From an uncultured Bacteroidales bacterium (lineage in GTDB: Bacteria; Bacillota_I; Bacilli_A; ML615J-28; CAG-698), in the NCBI GenBank assembly GCA_964516425.1, contig CAZFAM010000001.1, forward strand, positions 60,865-124,864: DNA of 64,000 nt, written 5' to 3'. The position numbers were made by a program, and so were the translations under genes. A model generated the notes under the pieces. The model was not told the DNA's origin, ran no database searches, and saw nothing but the letters and a program-made list of their open reading frames with translations. Shown here piece after piece: positions 28,306 through 38,375 of the stretch. How positions within the stretch are numbered: position 1 is the first letter of the stretch; the number at the start of each line of letters is the position of its first letter.

Positions 28306-30273
28306 ATGTTTAAATTACACTCTACTTATCAACCGATGGGAGATCAACCCGAAGCAATCTCTACATTAACAAATAATTTGAAAAATGGTATAAAGTATCA
28401 AACTTTACTAGGAGCAACTGGTACGGGAAAAACTTTTACAATTGCAAATGTGATTCAAAATATTGGCAAAAATACTTTAGTTTTAGCACATAATAAAACA
28501 TTAGCTGGCCAGTTGTATAGTGAATTAAAAACATTATTTCCTGAAAATCGAGTTGAATATTTTATTTCATATTACGATTATTATCAACCGGAGGCTTATG
28601 TTGCTAGTAGAGATTTATACATAGAAAAAGATTCCAGCATTAACGATGATATTGATCAAATGCGTCATAGTGCTGTATCTAGTTTATTAACTTGTGAGGA
28701 TGTTATTGTGGTAAGCAGTGTATCGTGTATTTATGGTATTGGTGATCCAGCTGATTATCAAAACAATCTATTTATGCTGCGAGAAAAAGATATTATTTCA
28801 AGAAAAGAATTATTAAATAGATTAATTAAAATGCAATATGAACGAAATGATTATGAATTAAAACGTGGTACATTTAGAATTAAAGGCGATATTGTGGATA
28901 TTGTTCCTACTGGAGAAAAAGAAGAAGCGATTAGATTAGAATTTTTTGATGACGAAATAGATAAAATAAAAATAATTGATGTATTAACTGGCAAAGCAGT
29001 TGGCACAACTAAAATTGCAACTATTTATCCAGCAACTTTATTTAGTGTTAGTGATGAAAAAGTTAAAGAAGCTATCAAAAGAATTAAAGATGAACTAGAT
29101 GAAAGAATAGCTTATTTTAAAAATGAAGGTAAGTTATTGGAAGCTGAAAGAATAGAACAGCGAACTAAGTATGATATTGAAATGCTTGAAGAAATTGGTA
29201 TGTGTAGTGGTATTGAAAACTATTCACGCCATTTAACATTACGAAATGAAGGGGAAACTCCGTATACTTTATTAGATTATTTTAAGAAGAATTTTCTTCT
29301 TGTTGTTGATGAAAGTCATGTAACATTACCTCAAGTTAGAGGAATGTATAATGGAGACCGAGCAAGAAAACAAAGCTTAGTTGATTATGGGTTTAGATTA
29401 CCATCAGCCTTAGATAATCGACCATTAAAATTTGAAGAGTTTGAAGAAAAGTTAGACCAAGTAGTTTATGTTAGTGCGACTCCATCTGATTATGAAAAAA
29501 ATAAAAGTTATGAAATAGTGCAACAAATCATTAGGCCAACTGGTCTTTTAGATCCAATTGTCGAAATTCGTTCAACAAAAGGTCAAATTGATGATTTAGT
29601 TAAAGAAATATATCAAAGAATAAAAAGTAATGAAAGAGTTCTCGTAGTTACTTTAACAATTAAGATGAGTGAAGAATTGACAAATTATTTAAAAGATTTG
29701 GATATCAAAGTGGCTTATTTACATTCTGAAGTTAAGTCTCTTGAAAGATTAGAAATTATTAGACAATTAAGAATGGGAACATATGATGTATTAGTTGGTA
29801 TAAATTTGTTAAGAGAAGGCCTTGATATCCCTGAAGTTTCTTTAATATCCATTTTAGATGCTGATAAGGAAGGTTTTTTAAGGAGTGAAACATCTTTGGT
29901 TCAAATTATTGGACGTGCTGCAAGAAATAGTAATGGAAAAGTAATAATGTATGCTGATAATGTTACTAAATCAATGGAAAGTGCGATAACTGAAACATAC
30001 CGAAGAAGAATGATTCAAGATGAATATAATAAGAAACATAATATTGTTCCTCAAACAATAAGAAAAAATATAAATGAGGCATTAGTTGTTTCAAGTGAAG
30101 AAGTAGAAAAAGATAATGTTGATATGACTAATTTAGAAAATATGTCTAAAGTAGAAAAGAAAGCATTAATTGCAAAACTGGAAAAAGAAATGACACAAGC
30201 GGCAAAAGAATTGAATTTTGAACAAGCTATGTCACTTCGAGATATAATATTTGAAATAAAAGCAGGATTATAA
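28306..30273 (+). CDS. uvrB: excinuclease ABC subunit B
   Basis: Walker [11 protein letters not shown], helicase motifs and the C-terminal UvrB/UvrC interaction motif (EQAMSLRD). Confidence 0.92.
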   Translation: MFKLHSTYQPMGDQPEAISTLTNNLKNGIKYQTLLGATGTGKTFTIANVIQNIGKNTLVLAHNKTLAGQLYSELKTLFPENRVEYFISYYDYYQPEAYVASRDLYIEKDSSINDDIDQMRHSAVSSLLTCEDVIVVSSVSCIYGIGDPADYQNNLFMLREKDIISRKELLNRLIKMQYERNDYELKRGTFRIKGDIVDIVPTGEKEEAIRLEFFDDEIDKIKIIDVLTGKAVGTTKIATIYPATLFSVSDEKVKEAIKRIKDELDERIAYFKNEGKLLEAERIEQRTKYDIEMLEEIGMCSGIENYSRHLTLRNEGETPYTLLDYFKKNFLLVVDESHVTLPQVRGMYNGDRARKQSLVDYGFRLPSALDNRPLKFEEFEEKLDQVVYVSATPSDYEKNKSYEIVQQIIRPTGLLDPIVEIRSTKGQIDDLVKEIYQRIKSNERVLVVTLTIKMSEELTNYLKDLDIKVAYLHSEVKSLERLEIIRQLRMGTYDVLVGINLLREGLDIPEVSLISILDADKEGFLRSETSLVQIIGRAARNSNGKVIMYADNVTKSMESAITETYRRRMIQDEYNKKHNIVPQTIRKNINEALVVSSEEVEKDNVDMTNLENMSKVEKKALIAKLEKEMTQAAKELNFEQAMSLRDIIFEIKAGL

Positions 30274-30274
30274 T

Positions 30275-31399
30275 ATGAAAAAGAAAAAAGTAATTGTTGG
30301 ATTAAGTGGAGGCGTTGACAGTGCTGTTGCTTGTCTATTATTAAAACAACAGGGATATGAAGTTGAAGGAATGTTTATGAGAAATTGGGATTCATCAATC
30401 AATAATGATGTGCTTGGTAATCCCAATAATCCTAATGATGTATGTCCACAAGAAAAGGACTATATGGATGCTAAAAAAACAGCAGAAATATTAAATATTC
30501 CACTACATCGTGTTGATTTTGTGGAAGAATATTGGGAAAATGTATTTCAGTACTTTATTGATGAATATAATAATAATCGTACACCAAATCCCGATATTTT
30601 ATGTAATAAAGAAATTAAGTTTAAATGTTTTTTAAATAAAGCTCTTGAATTAGGGTGTGATTATATAGCTATGGGACACTATGCTAGAGTATTACACGAA
30701 GGTGATAAACATACTTTACTGAGAGGTGTTGATGGCAATAAAGACCAAACATACTTTTTATGTCAATTAACGCAAGAACAAATTTCTAAAGCATTATTCC
30801 CAATAGGTGAATTAACTAAACCCGAGGTTCGAAAAATTGCTTTAGATAATAATTTAAATGTGGCAACTAAGAAAGATTCAACTGGTGTATGCTTTATTGG
30901 TGAACGTAATTTCAAAGAATTTTTAAAGAATTATATATTAGCTAAACCAGGAAATATGTGTACTTTAGATGGTACTATTGTTGGAAAACATGATGGTATT
31001 ATGTATTACACAATAGGGCAAAGGCATGGACTCGGAATTGGAGGTCCTGGAGAAGCGTGGTTTGTTATTGGAAAAAGACCAAAAGATAATGTTTTATTAG
31101 TTGGTCAAGGGGATGATCAAGGATATTTGTATTCAAATGAATGTATAGTTATTAATGTTAATTGGATGCATGAAAAGTTCTTAGGCATAAAAAAATGTAC
31201 AGCTAAGTTTAGATATCGTCAACAAGATATTAATGTTAATATTGAATTTATCAGTGAAAATGAATTAAGAGTAAAATATCCAGAAAAATCAAGAGCTGTA
31301 ACCCCTGGTCAAGCTGCTGTTTTCTATGATGGTGATGTTGTTTTGGGTGGTGGAACTATTGATAAAGTATATATGGATAACGTACTAAGAGAGTATTAG
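30275..31399 (+). CDS. mnmA: tRNA-specific 2-thiouridylase MnmA
   Basis: PP-loop motif VGLSGGVDSAV. Length about 370 aa. Confidence 0.9.
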   Translation: MKKKKVIVGLSGGVDSAVACLLLKQQGYEVEGMFMRNWDSSINNDVLGNPNNPNDVCPQEKDYMDAKKTAEILNIPLHRVDFVEEYWENVFQYFIDEYNNNRTPNPDILCNKEIKFKCFLNKALELGCDYIAMGHYARVLHEGDKHTLLRGVDGNKDQTYFLCQLTQEQISKALFPIGELTKPEVRKIALDNNLNVATKKDSTGVCFIGERNFKEFLKNYILAKPGNMCTLDGTIVGKHDGIMYYTIGQRHGLGIGGPGEAWFVIGKRPKDNVLLVGQGDDQGYLYSNECIVINVNWMHEKFLGIKKCTAKFRYRQQDINVNIEFISENELRVKYPEKSRAVTPGQAAVFYDGDVVLGGGTIDKVYMDNVLREY

Positions 31400-31411
31400 A
31401 GAGGAAATATA

Positions 31412-33775
31412 ATGGATAAAATCGTTGGTAGCATTAATAAAATAATGTATTATAATGAAGATAATGGTTATGCAATTGTAAGACTAAAACTTGATTATAA
31501 AAAAGAAGTTAATCAAAAATATCAAAATATATTATTTAATAATGTTGTTGCGGTTTTGTCAAGCTTTGATCGTAAGCCATTTGAGGATGAAGAATATGAA
31601 TTCGAAGGAGAATTAGAAACTTCAAAGTATGGATATCAGTTTAGGGCTTCATCATTTAATCGAATTAACATTGTTTCCCAAGAAGGAATAATAACATATT
31701 TATCAAGTGAAATTTTCCCTGGTGTTGGAGTTTCAGCAGCTACAAAAATATATAATGCATTAGGCGAAGATGCATTAAATAAAATTATTAGTGATCGTTC
31801 TTTATTAGATGATGTAAATATAACAGAAAAACAAAAAAATACTGTCTATGAAAATCTAGTTATAAATTATAAAAAAGAAAAAGATTTAATTTCCTTATTA
31901 AATTTTGGTATAGGATTAAAAATGGCAGTTCGAATTATTAATACATTAGGCGATAATACATTAAATGAAGTATTGAAAAATCCTTATCAATTAATTGATA
32001 AAGTTGAAGGTATTGCTTTTACAAGAGCTGATGAAATTGCAAAAAAAATAGGGATAAAAAAAGATGATGAATTAAGATTAAAGTCATTAATCCATTATAT
32101 TTTATCCACAAATATATATTCTACTGGAAATATTTATTTTAGTTTTGATGAATTAAGGGATAAGTTTAATCAATTAGTCCAACAAGATGATATTGTATTA
32201 GGCACAGAAAAATTTTTAGATTTATTGCATGAATTAGTAAAAGATAAAAAAATAATAATTGAAGATAAAAATGTTTATGATTATCATTTGTATTTTGATG
32301 AAATCTCTTTAGCAAAATCTATTGTTCAATTTATGAATAATACAAAAATGGATTACAATATAAATAAATTAGATTATGCAATTAATGAAGCAATGAATAG
32401 CAATAATATAGAATATAGTGATAAACAAATTAAAGCTATTAGAACATCTTTAGAACAACCTGTTAGTATTATTACTGGTGGACCTGGAACTGGTAAGTCA
32501 ACAGTTATTAAAGGCATTGTAGATGCTTATTGCTCATTATTTAAAAATCAAGAATTAATTAGACAGGAAGTGTATTTGCTTGCACCAACGGGTAGAGCGA
32601 GTAAAAGATTAAAAGAGGTAACACTTCATCATAATGCTTTTACTATTCATAAGTTTTTAGGATATCAAGGTAATGGATATTTCACAGCTTTAAATGAGCC
32701 AATTACAAATACTAAATTAATTATTATTGATGAATTTAGTATGGTAGATTTATCTATTGCAACAATTTTATTTAAATGCATTGCTCCGAATACTAAAATT
32801 GTTATTGTGGGTGATGTTGACCAATTGCCTGCTGTTGGTGCCGGAGATGTATTGCGAGATCTCATTGAAAGCAAAGAAATTCCCACAATAAAGTTGGATA
32901 AGATTCATAGGCAAGCTAGTGATTCCACAATTGTTAAACTTGCTCATGAAATTAATGAAGGTTATTTACCTTACTCGATTATAGAAAAACAAAAAGACCG
33001 TAATTTCATTGCTTGTGATGATGATCGCATTAATGAAATTATTAAGCAAGTTATTCAACAAGGTATTGATTCAGGAATGAATTTGATTAAAGACATTCAA
33101 GTGCTAGTGCCGATGTATAAAGGAATTAATGGAATTGATGCTATAAATTTGAAACTACAAGATGCATTTAATCCAAGTTCTAAAGAAATTGTTTATAATG
33201 GAAAAAGATTTAGAGAAAATGATAAAGTTATCCAATTAGTAAATCGTCAGGAAAAGAAAGTAATGAATGGGGATATTGGATATATTATTTATATGAATAA
33301 AAAAGATAATCATATAGATAGTATTGATGTTATGTATGACTTTGGTGTTGTTCATTATGATAAAGATGAATTAGATGATATTAGTTTAGGATATGCCATT
33401 TCTATACATAAAGCTCAAGGAAGTGAGTTTAAATTAGTTATTGCACCATTTAGTTTTAAATACTATATAATGTTAAAGCGAAAGCTGATTTATACCGCTA
33501 TTACACGAGCTAAAAATTATCTAATAATGATTGGCAATATTGAAGCATTAAAAAGAGGCATTACTGAAATAGAAGAAAAAAGGAAAACCACATTACAAAA
33601 ACGTATTAATGAAATTTTAGTAGAGGCTAATAAAATTTATGATGTTGATTCCGCATTTGAAACAATAGAAGAGGATAATAAATTAGACATTAGTGATTTT
33701 ATGGATAATGAAATAATTGATTTATCAGAAATGGAAAATATTACCCCTTATGATTTTATTCCAAAACGCAAATAA
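31412..33775 (+). CDS. recD2: ATP-dependent RecD-like DNA helicase (RecD2/YrrC)
   Basis: N-terminal HhH/SH3 domains, Walker A GGPGTGKST and SF1 motifs (DEFSMVD, VGDVDQLP). Confidence 0.88.
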   Translation: MDKIVGSINKIMYYNEDNGYAIVRLKLDYKKEVNQKYQNILFNNVVAVLSSFDRKPFEDEEYEFEGELETSKYGYQFRASSFNRINIVSQEGIITYLSSEIFPGVGVSAATKIYNALGEDALNKIISDRSLLDDVNITEKQKNTVYENLVINYKKEKDLISLLNFGIGLKMAVRIINTLGDNTLNEVLKNPYQLIDKVEGIAFTRADEIAKKIGIKKDDELRLKSLIHYILSTNIYSTGNIYFSFDELRDKFNQLVQQDDIVLGTEKFLDLLHELVKDKKIIIEDKNVYDYHLYFDEISLAKSIVQFMNNTKMDYNINKLDYAINEAMNSNNIEYSDKQIKAIRTSLEQPVSIITGGPGTGKSTVIKGIVDAYCSLFKNQELIRQEVYLLAPTGRASKRLKEVTLHHNAFTIHKFLGYQGNGYFTALNEPITNTKLIIIDEFSMVDLSIATILFKCIAPNTKIVIVGDVDQLPAVGAGDVLRDLIESKEIPTIKLDKIHRQASDSTIVKLAHEINEGYLPYSIIEKQKDRNFIACDDDRINEIIKQVIQQGIDSGMNLIKDIQVLVPMYKGINGIDAINLKLQDAFNPSSKEIVYNGKRFRENDKVIQLVNRQEKKVMNGDIGYIIYMNKKDNHIDSIDVMYDFGVVHYDKDELDDISLGYAISIHKAQGSEFKLVIAPFSFKYYIMLKRKLIYTAITRAKNYLIMIGNIEALKRGITEIEEKRKTTLQKRINEILVEANKIYDVDSAFETIEEDNKLDISDFMDNEIIDLSEMENITPYDFIPKRK

Positions 33776-33795
33776 TAATTGCGTGAGGTGTATAA

Positions 33796-33957
33796 ATGAA
33801 AAAGATGAAACATGCTATGATTTTTATGGGAATTGGCGCAATAGGAACTATGGCTATTATGAAGATGATGAATAAGAATGGGAATTGCGATGTAAATGAT
33901 TTGATGAATAAAGAAAAAAAGAAATTTAAGAATTTAAAAAAGAAAATGTTTGGATAA
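33796..33957 (+). CDS. small protein (53 aa), one hydrophobic segment then a Lys-rich tail; not in the supplied ORF track
   Basis: ATG at 33796 is preceded by the strong RBS gaggtg. The sequence is MKKMKHAMIFMGIGAIGTMAIMKMMNKNGNCDVN...KKKMFG, ending at TAA 33955-33957. Confidence 0.4.
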   Translation: MKKMKHAMIFMGIGAIGTMAIMKMMNKNGNCDVNDLMNKEKKKFKNLKKKMFG

Positions 33958-34060
33958 TATAAATTAAAAGTCGCAATTTGTTAGTTCCTTTCTATTTACT
34001 TTTACTTAAAAATATGATATAATATGTTGAAATATTAAAGAAGGAAAGGATTATTTAATT

Positions 34061-34786
34061 ATGGGAAGAGCTCATGAAGTGCGTGCTGCATCAATGGCAA
34101 AAACTGCTGCCGCAAAAAGTAAATTGAATGCAAAATGGGGAAAAGCAATATTTGTTGCTGCTAAAGCTGGCGTTCCTGATCCTGAATTAAATCAAACTTT
34201 AAAGAAAGAAATTGAAAAAGCTAAAAGAGAACAAGTAAGTGCTGATGTAATTAAAAGAGCAATTGAAAAAGCTAAAGGCGGAAGTACTGAATCTTATACT
34301 TCAGAAAGATATGAAGGTTTTGGCCCAGGAAATTCTATGTGGATTGTTGATTGCTTAACTGATAACCACAATCGTACATTAACAGCTGTAAGAACAGCTT
34401 TCAGTAGAGTTGGTGGTAATTTAGGTGCCAGTGGTTGTGTAACGCATATGTTTTCAAATCAAGCAATATTTAGTTTTGAAGGTCAAGATGAAGAAGCTGT
34501 ATTAGAAGGATTATTAATGAATGATTGTGAAGTAGATGATATTCAATTAGAAGATGGTGTAATTTCTGTATTTGCTCCTCACCAATCATATCAACAAGTA
34601 AGAGATGCTTTAGTTTCTTTATATCCAAATGTTAATTTTTTAGAAGATCATACAACTTGGGTTGCTTCTAGTTATGTAAAATTAGAAGATGAACATGATA
34701 AACAAAAGTATGAAAGATTTTTAGAAATGTTAGATGATTGTGATGATGTTCAAGACTATTATCATAATATTGAATTTGATGACTAA
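34061..34786 (+). CDS. YebC/PmpR-family DNA-binding transcriptional regulator
   Basis: About 240 aa with the YebC-like N-terminus (GRAHEVRAASMAKTAAAKSK...) and three-domain architecture. Promoter-like tatgatataat lies upstream. Confidence 0.7.
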   Translation: MGRAHEVRAASMAKTAAAKSKLNAKWGKAIFVAAKAGVPDPELNQTLKKEIEKAKREQVSADVIKRAIEKAKGGSTESYTSERYEGFGPGNSMWIVDCLTDNHNRTLTAVRTAFSRVGGNLGASGCVTHMFSNQAIFSFEGQDEEAVLEGLLMNDCEVDDIQLEDGVISVFAPHQSYQQVRDALVSLYPNVNFLEDHTTWVASSYVKLEDEHDKQKYERFLEMLDDCDDVQDYYHNIEFDD

Positions 34787-34789
34787 TTA

Positions 34790-34815
34790 AAAGACTCCAA
34801 AGAGTCTTTTTTTTA
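34790..34815. terminator. bidirectional terminator hairpin between convergent yebC-like and dtxR-like genes
   Basis: Stems aagactc and gagtctt flank the loop caaa and are followed by ttttttttat. Confidence 0.65.
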
Positions 34816-34838
34816 TAAAAAAAGAGGACTAATGTCCT

Positions 34839-35207
34839 CTATATGTTTTGGTTAACGTGTTTTTTAATAGCTTCAAATGTTTCGTCTGATAAGTCGTGTT
34901 CAACTTTACATGCATCTTCTAAAGCAATATCTTTAGGTACTCCTAATCTCATAAAGTAAGAAGATAAAATAATATGTCTTTCATATATTCTATTAGCAAT
35001 TTCAAAACCTTTATCAGTTAATTCAATTTCCCCATTGGAATTTATTGTTATATAATCATTAGCTTTTAAATTTTTCATTGCTCTAGAAATACTTGGCTTA
35101 GAATAATTCATAGAATTTGCAATATCAATTGAAATTACTTTTCCTTTTTCTTTTTGCAATACAAGTATGCGTTCAAGATAATCTTCACTAGATTTATATA
35201 TATTCAT
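34839..35207 (-). CDS. DtxR/MntR-family metal-dependent transcriptional repressor
   Basis: N-terminal HTH (EDYLERILVLQKEKGKVISIDIANSMNYSKPSISRAMKNL) and the metal-site region (ERHIILSSYF, EDACKVEHDL). Confidence 0.8.
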   Translation of the reverse strand: MNIYKSSEDYLERILVLQKEKGKVISIDIANSMNYSKPSISRAMKNLKANDYITINSNGEIELTDKGFEIANRIYERHIILSSYFMRLGVPKDIALEDACKVEHDLSDETFEAIKKHVNQNI

Positions 35208-35295
35208 AGTATTTCCTCATTTCATATATTATAAATGTATTTTATCATATATTCTTTTTTTTTGCAAATTTTAAAGCGTTTTCTTAAAATATGTA

Positions 35296-35324
35296 TTGAC
35301 ATTTTTTGAATAAAAGTATAGAAT
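35296..35324 (+). promoter_or_regulatory. sigma-A-type promoter for feoA-feoA-feoB (-35 TTGACA 35296-35301, 17-bp spacer, -10 TAGAAT 35319-35324)
   Basis: Read directly from the sequence: a consensus -35, a 17-nt spacer and a near-consensus -10. Confidence 0.55.
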
Positions 35325-35333
35325 AATAATGTA

Positions 35334-35349
35334 GTTAGCAATGGCTAAC
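35334..35349 (+). promoter_or_regulatory. candidate DtxR-family operator box 1 (GTTAGC-aatg-GCTAAC)
   Basis: A 6-4-6 perfect palindrome immediately downstream of the -10. It resembles the IdeR/DtxR core (GTTAGG-CTAAC). Confidence 0.5.
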
Positions 35350-35354
35350 AGATG

Positions 35355-35371
35355 GCTACTAAAAAAGTAGC
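35355..35371 (+). promoter_or_regulatory. palindrome GCTACT-aaaaa-AGTAGC between operator boxes
   Basis: Perfect 6-bp arms; the function is unknown. Confidence 0.3.
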
Positions 35372-35389
35372 TTTTAAAATTAATTGCAA

Positions 35390-35405
35390 GTTAGCTAAAG
35401 CTAAC
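35390..35405 (+). promoter_or_regulatory. candidate DtxR-family operator box 2 (GTTAGC-taaa-GCTAAC; extended form AGTTAGCTAAAGCTAACT)
   Basis: Same 6-4-6 arms as box 1, located just upstream of the feoA RBS. Confidence 0.5.
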
Positions 35406-35418
35406 TAGAAAGGAAATT

Positions 35419-35631
35419 ATGACATTATTTATTGCTCCTACGGATGTAGAAATGAAAATAGTACAAATAACAACAGATGAAAAAACAAAAAAACATCTTT
35501 TGAATTTAGGGTTATGCGTTGGCAGAGATATTAAAGTTTTATCACATACATCGCAAGATGTAATAGTAAAAGTGATGGATTTTAATTTAGCTTTAAATAA
35601 AGAAACAGCTTTAAAAATAGTAGTGAATTAA
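35419..35631 (+). CDS. feoA: ferrous iron transport protein A (FeoA), copy 1
   Basis: 70 aa with an SH3-like FeoA fold; upstream of feoB. Confidence 0.75.
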   Translation: MTLFIAPTDVEMKIVQITTDEKTKKHLLNLGLCVGRDIKVLSHTSQDVIVKVMDFNLALNKETALKIVVN

Positions 35632-35644
35632 AAGGGAGGATTAT

Positions 35645-35875
35645 ATGACAAAACAATTAAATGAATTCACATTAAATGAAACAGGTGTTGTTAAAAAGAT
35701 TTTAGCTGAAGGCAAAATCAAAAGAAGATTATTTGATATGGGAGTAACACCAGGAGTGGAAATTTGTTTGAAAAAATTTGCTCCATTAGGTGATCCTATT
35801 GAAGTTACAATTCGAGGTTATGAATTGACATTAAGAAAAGATGAAGCCAAACAAATAATTATGGAGGTTAAATAA
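35645..35875 (+). CDS. feoA: ferrous iron transport protein A (FeoA), copy 2
   Basis: 76 aa FeoA-like. Its stop abuts the feoB start. Confidence 0.75.
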   Translation: MTKQLNEFTLNETGVVKKILAEGKIKRRLFDMGVTPGVEICLKKFAPLGDPIEVTIRGYELTLRKDEAKQIIMEVK

Positions 35876-35876
35876 A

Positions 35877-38054
35877 ATGAAATTTGCATTAGCTGGAAAT
35901 CCAAATTGTGGTAAAACTACATTATTTAATACTTTGACTGGATCGACTGCCCATGTAGGTAACTGGCCAGGAGTAACTGTAGATAAAAGAGAAGGTACTT
36001 ATAAAAAATTATCTGAACCTATCGATATTGTTGATTTGCCTGGTATATATTCATTAAGCCCATATTCACCAGAAGAAGTTGTATCAAGAAATTATTTAGT
36101 AGATGAAAAACCAAATTGTATAATTAATGTTATTGATTCTACAAACATTGAAAGAAACTTATATTTAACAACACAATTATTAGAAATTGATGTTCCAATG
36201 GTTGTAGCATTAAATATGATTGACTTAGTTAAAAATGATAAAATAAAAAAATTAAAACAAGAATTGGAAAATAAATTAAATGTAAAAGTTGTTGAAATAA
36301 GCGCCTTGAAAAATGAAGGAATTAAGGAATTAATGACAGTTGCTTATGCATCAGCAAAAACACCACGTAAAGGAAAAACTGTTTTAGAAGATGAATCATT
36401 ATTACAATTGATTGAAAATGTTAAAAATAAGTATTTTCTTACTGGAGCTAATCAATTATTCCATGCTATTAAATTGATTGAAAATGATAGCATTGAAACA
36501 AATAAATATCCTGAAGCTGTATCAACGGTTAATGAATTGAAAAAAGAAGTTAACGATGATCAATTTGAAGGTGATTTTGAAGCTTTAGTTGCGGATGCAA
36601 GATATAAATATATTTCAAAATATTTTGGAAATATTGTCAAAAAAGAAAATAATCAAATTACAAAATCAGATAAAATTGATAAAGTGTTAACACATAGAAT
36701 TTGGAGTATTCCAATTTTCCTTGTTATCATGTTTGTGATATTCCATTTTGTTTTTTCTGAAGATTTATTATTTTTAAATTCATTATTTGGATTAGAAATA
36801 GAAAGCGAAGGATTAATTAATTTCTTAACTGGAATGGGATATGAAGGAGAAGCTTTAGAAGGAATTCCGTCTTTAGGTGTATTTTTACAAAGTTGGATGG
36901 GCTGGTTAACTGGAAGTATAATTGATTTATTCAGTGGATTTATGCCTGAAGGAACTTGGTATACAGGTCTAATAGTTGATGGTTTATTAACAGGTATTGA
37001 TGCTATTTTTAGTTTTATACCACAAGTACTATTATTATTCTTGTTTATTTCAATTCTAGAGGATTCAGGATATATGGCACGTGTTGCTTTCATTATGGAT
37101 AGAGCATTTAGAAAATTTGGTTTATCTGGTAAAGCATTTATCCCATTGTTAATGGGATTTGGATGTAGTGTTCCCGCAATGATGGCTACTAAAACATTAG
37201 AAGATGAAAAAGAAAGAGATATGACAATTAGAATTACACCATTCTTTAGTTGCGGCGCTAAAGCTCCAATTTGGGCAATGTTAGCAGCAGTTGTTACAGG
37301 TCATTTCTTAGGAGACATATTTGTGTTCTCTATTTATTTGTTTGGAATTGTAATTGCAATAGTTTCTGCTATTATTATGAAATTGTTTAGTAAAAATTAT
37401 GAAGTTCCTCCATTTATTATGGAATTACCTTCATATCATGCACCACAATTTAAAAATTTAATGGCACACTTATGGGAAAAATTTAAACACTTCTTATATA
37501 AAGCATCAACTATTATCACAGCATCAATTATTTTGATTTGGTTTTTATCTAACTTTAAATGGGCATTCTGGCAAGGAATGGTTGAAATGGAAGATAGTAT
37601 ATTAGCTGATTTGGGAAGAGTATTAAAATATGTTTTTTATCCATTAGGATGGTCTCAAGGTGATGAAGGCTGGAAATATGCGGTAGCATCCATTACAGGT
37701 TTAATTGCGAAAGAAGATGTTGTTACTACAATGGCAAATTTAGGATTAACTGAAAGTACAATAGCTTTAAGTAATGCACAAATTTATTCGTTTGCAATTT
37801 ATAATTTATTTACACTACCTTGTTTTGCTGCTGTAGCTACTGCAAAATCTGAAAGTAGTAAAAAAGGATTTATTGTTACAATTGTTTGGTGGTTATTATC
37901 ATCATATGTAGTATCTTTAGTTGTTTACTGGATTGGATTATTATTTGAAGTATCAATTGTTCTTGGCATTTTATTAGTAATTATATTAATTGGTTTAATA
38001 GTAGTCTTAGGAATGTATGTAAATAACAAAAGAAAACATGCACAATTAAATTAG
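35877..38054 (+). CDS. feoB: ferrous iron transporter FeoB
   Basis: N-terminal G-domain (GNPNCGKTTLFN, DLPG, NMID) and a C-terminal polytopic permease with the Gate motifs. Confidence 0.92.
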   Translation: MKFALAGNPNCGKTTLFNTLTGSTAHVGNWPGVTVDKREGTYKKLSEPIDIVDLPGIYSLSPYSPEEVVSRNYLVDEKPNCIINVIDSTNIERNLYLTTQLLEIDVPMVVALNMIDLVKNDKIKKLKQELENKLNVKVVEISALKNEGIKELMTVAYASAKTPRKGKTVLEDESLLQLIENVKNKYFLTGANQLFHAIKLIENDSIETNKYPEAVSTVNELKKEVNDDQFEGDFEALVADARYKYISKYFGNIVKKENNQITKSDKIDKVLTHRIWSIPIFLVIMFVIFHFVFSEDLLFLNSLFGLEIESEGLINFLTGMGYEGEALEGIPSLGVFLQSWMGWLTGSIIDLFSGFMPEGTWYTGLIVDGLLTGIDAIFSFIPQVLLLFLFISILEDSGYMARVAFIMDRAFRKFGLSGKAFIPLLMGFGCSVPAMMATKTLEDEKERDMTIRITPFFSCGAKAPIWAMLAAVVTGHFLGDIFVFSIYLFGIVIAIVSAIIMKLFSKNYEVPPFIMELPSYHAPQFKNLMAHLWEKFKHFLYKASTIITASIILIWFLSNFKWAFWQGMVEMEDSILADLGRVLKYVFYPLGWSQGDEGWKYAVASITGLIAKEDVVTTMANLGLTESTIALSNAQIYSFAIYNLFTLPCFAAVATAKSESSKKGFIVTIVWWLLSSYVVSLVVYWIGLLFEVSIVLGILLVIILIGLIVVLGMYVNNKRKHAQLN

Positions 38055-38067
38055 AAAGGAGTATTTT

Positions 38068-38232
38068 ATGGAGTGGTATGAATATATTATACTATTTGTA
38101 GCTATTGGTTTATTCTTATTACCATTTATACTTAGTTTTGTTAATAAGAAGAAAGGTAAAAAAACATGCTCATGTGGATGCAGTTGTTGTGCAAATAAAC
38201 ATGAATGTATGAAACATGCTATTAAAGAATAA
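38068..38232 (+). CDS. FeoB-associated Cys-rich small membrane protein (54 aa); not in the supplied ORF track
   Basis: Sequence MEWYEYIILFVAIGLFLLPFILSF...CSCGCSCCANKHEC after RBS aaggag. This is the typical position after feoB. Confidence 0.55.
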   Translation: MEWYEYIILFVAIGLFLLPFILSFVNKKKGKKTCSCGCSCCANKHECMKHAIKE

Positions 38233-38242
38233 AAATATGGAA

Positions 38243-38273
38243 GGTAGAACCAAAAATTCTATCTTCTTTTTTT
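38243..38273 (+). terminator. rho-independent terminator of the feo operon
   Basis: Stems ggtagaa and ttctatc (G-U wobble) flank the loop ccaaaaa and are followed by ttcttttttt. Confidence 0.55.
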
Positions 38274-38375
38274 ATCAAATTAATATATAAAAAAGGATTA
38301 ATTAATAGTTGTTTATAACGTTGAATTTTTGCTGAAATTGTGATATAATTGTTATATGTGTGCGGAGGTAATATT

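Noticed and set aside
32665-32886. 73-aa minus-strand ORF inside recD2
   Set aside because: Shadow ORF.
36653-37093. 146-aa minus-strand ORF inside feoB
   Set aside because: It lies within the well-supported FeoB coding region and has no independent signal.
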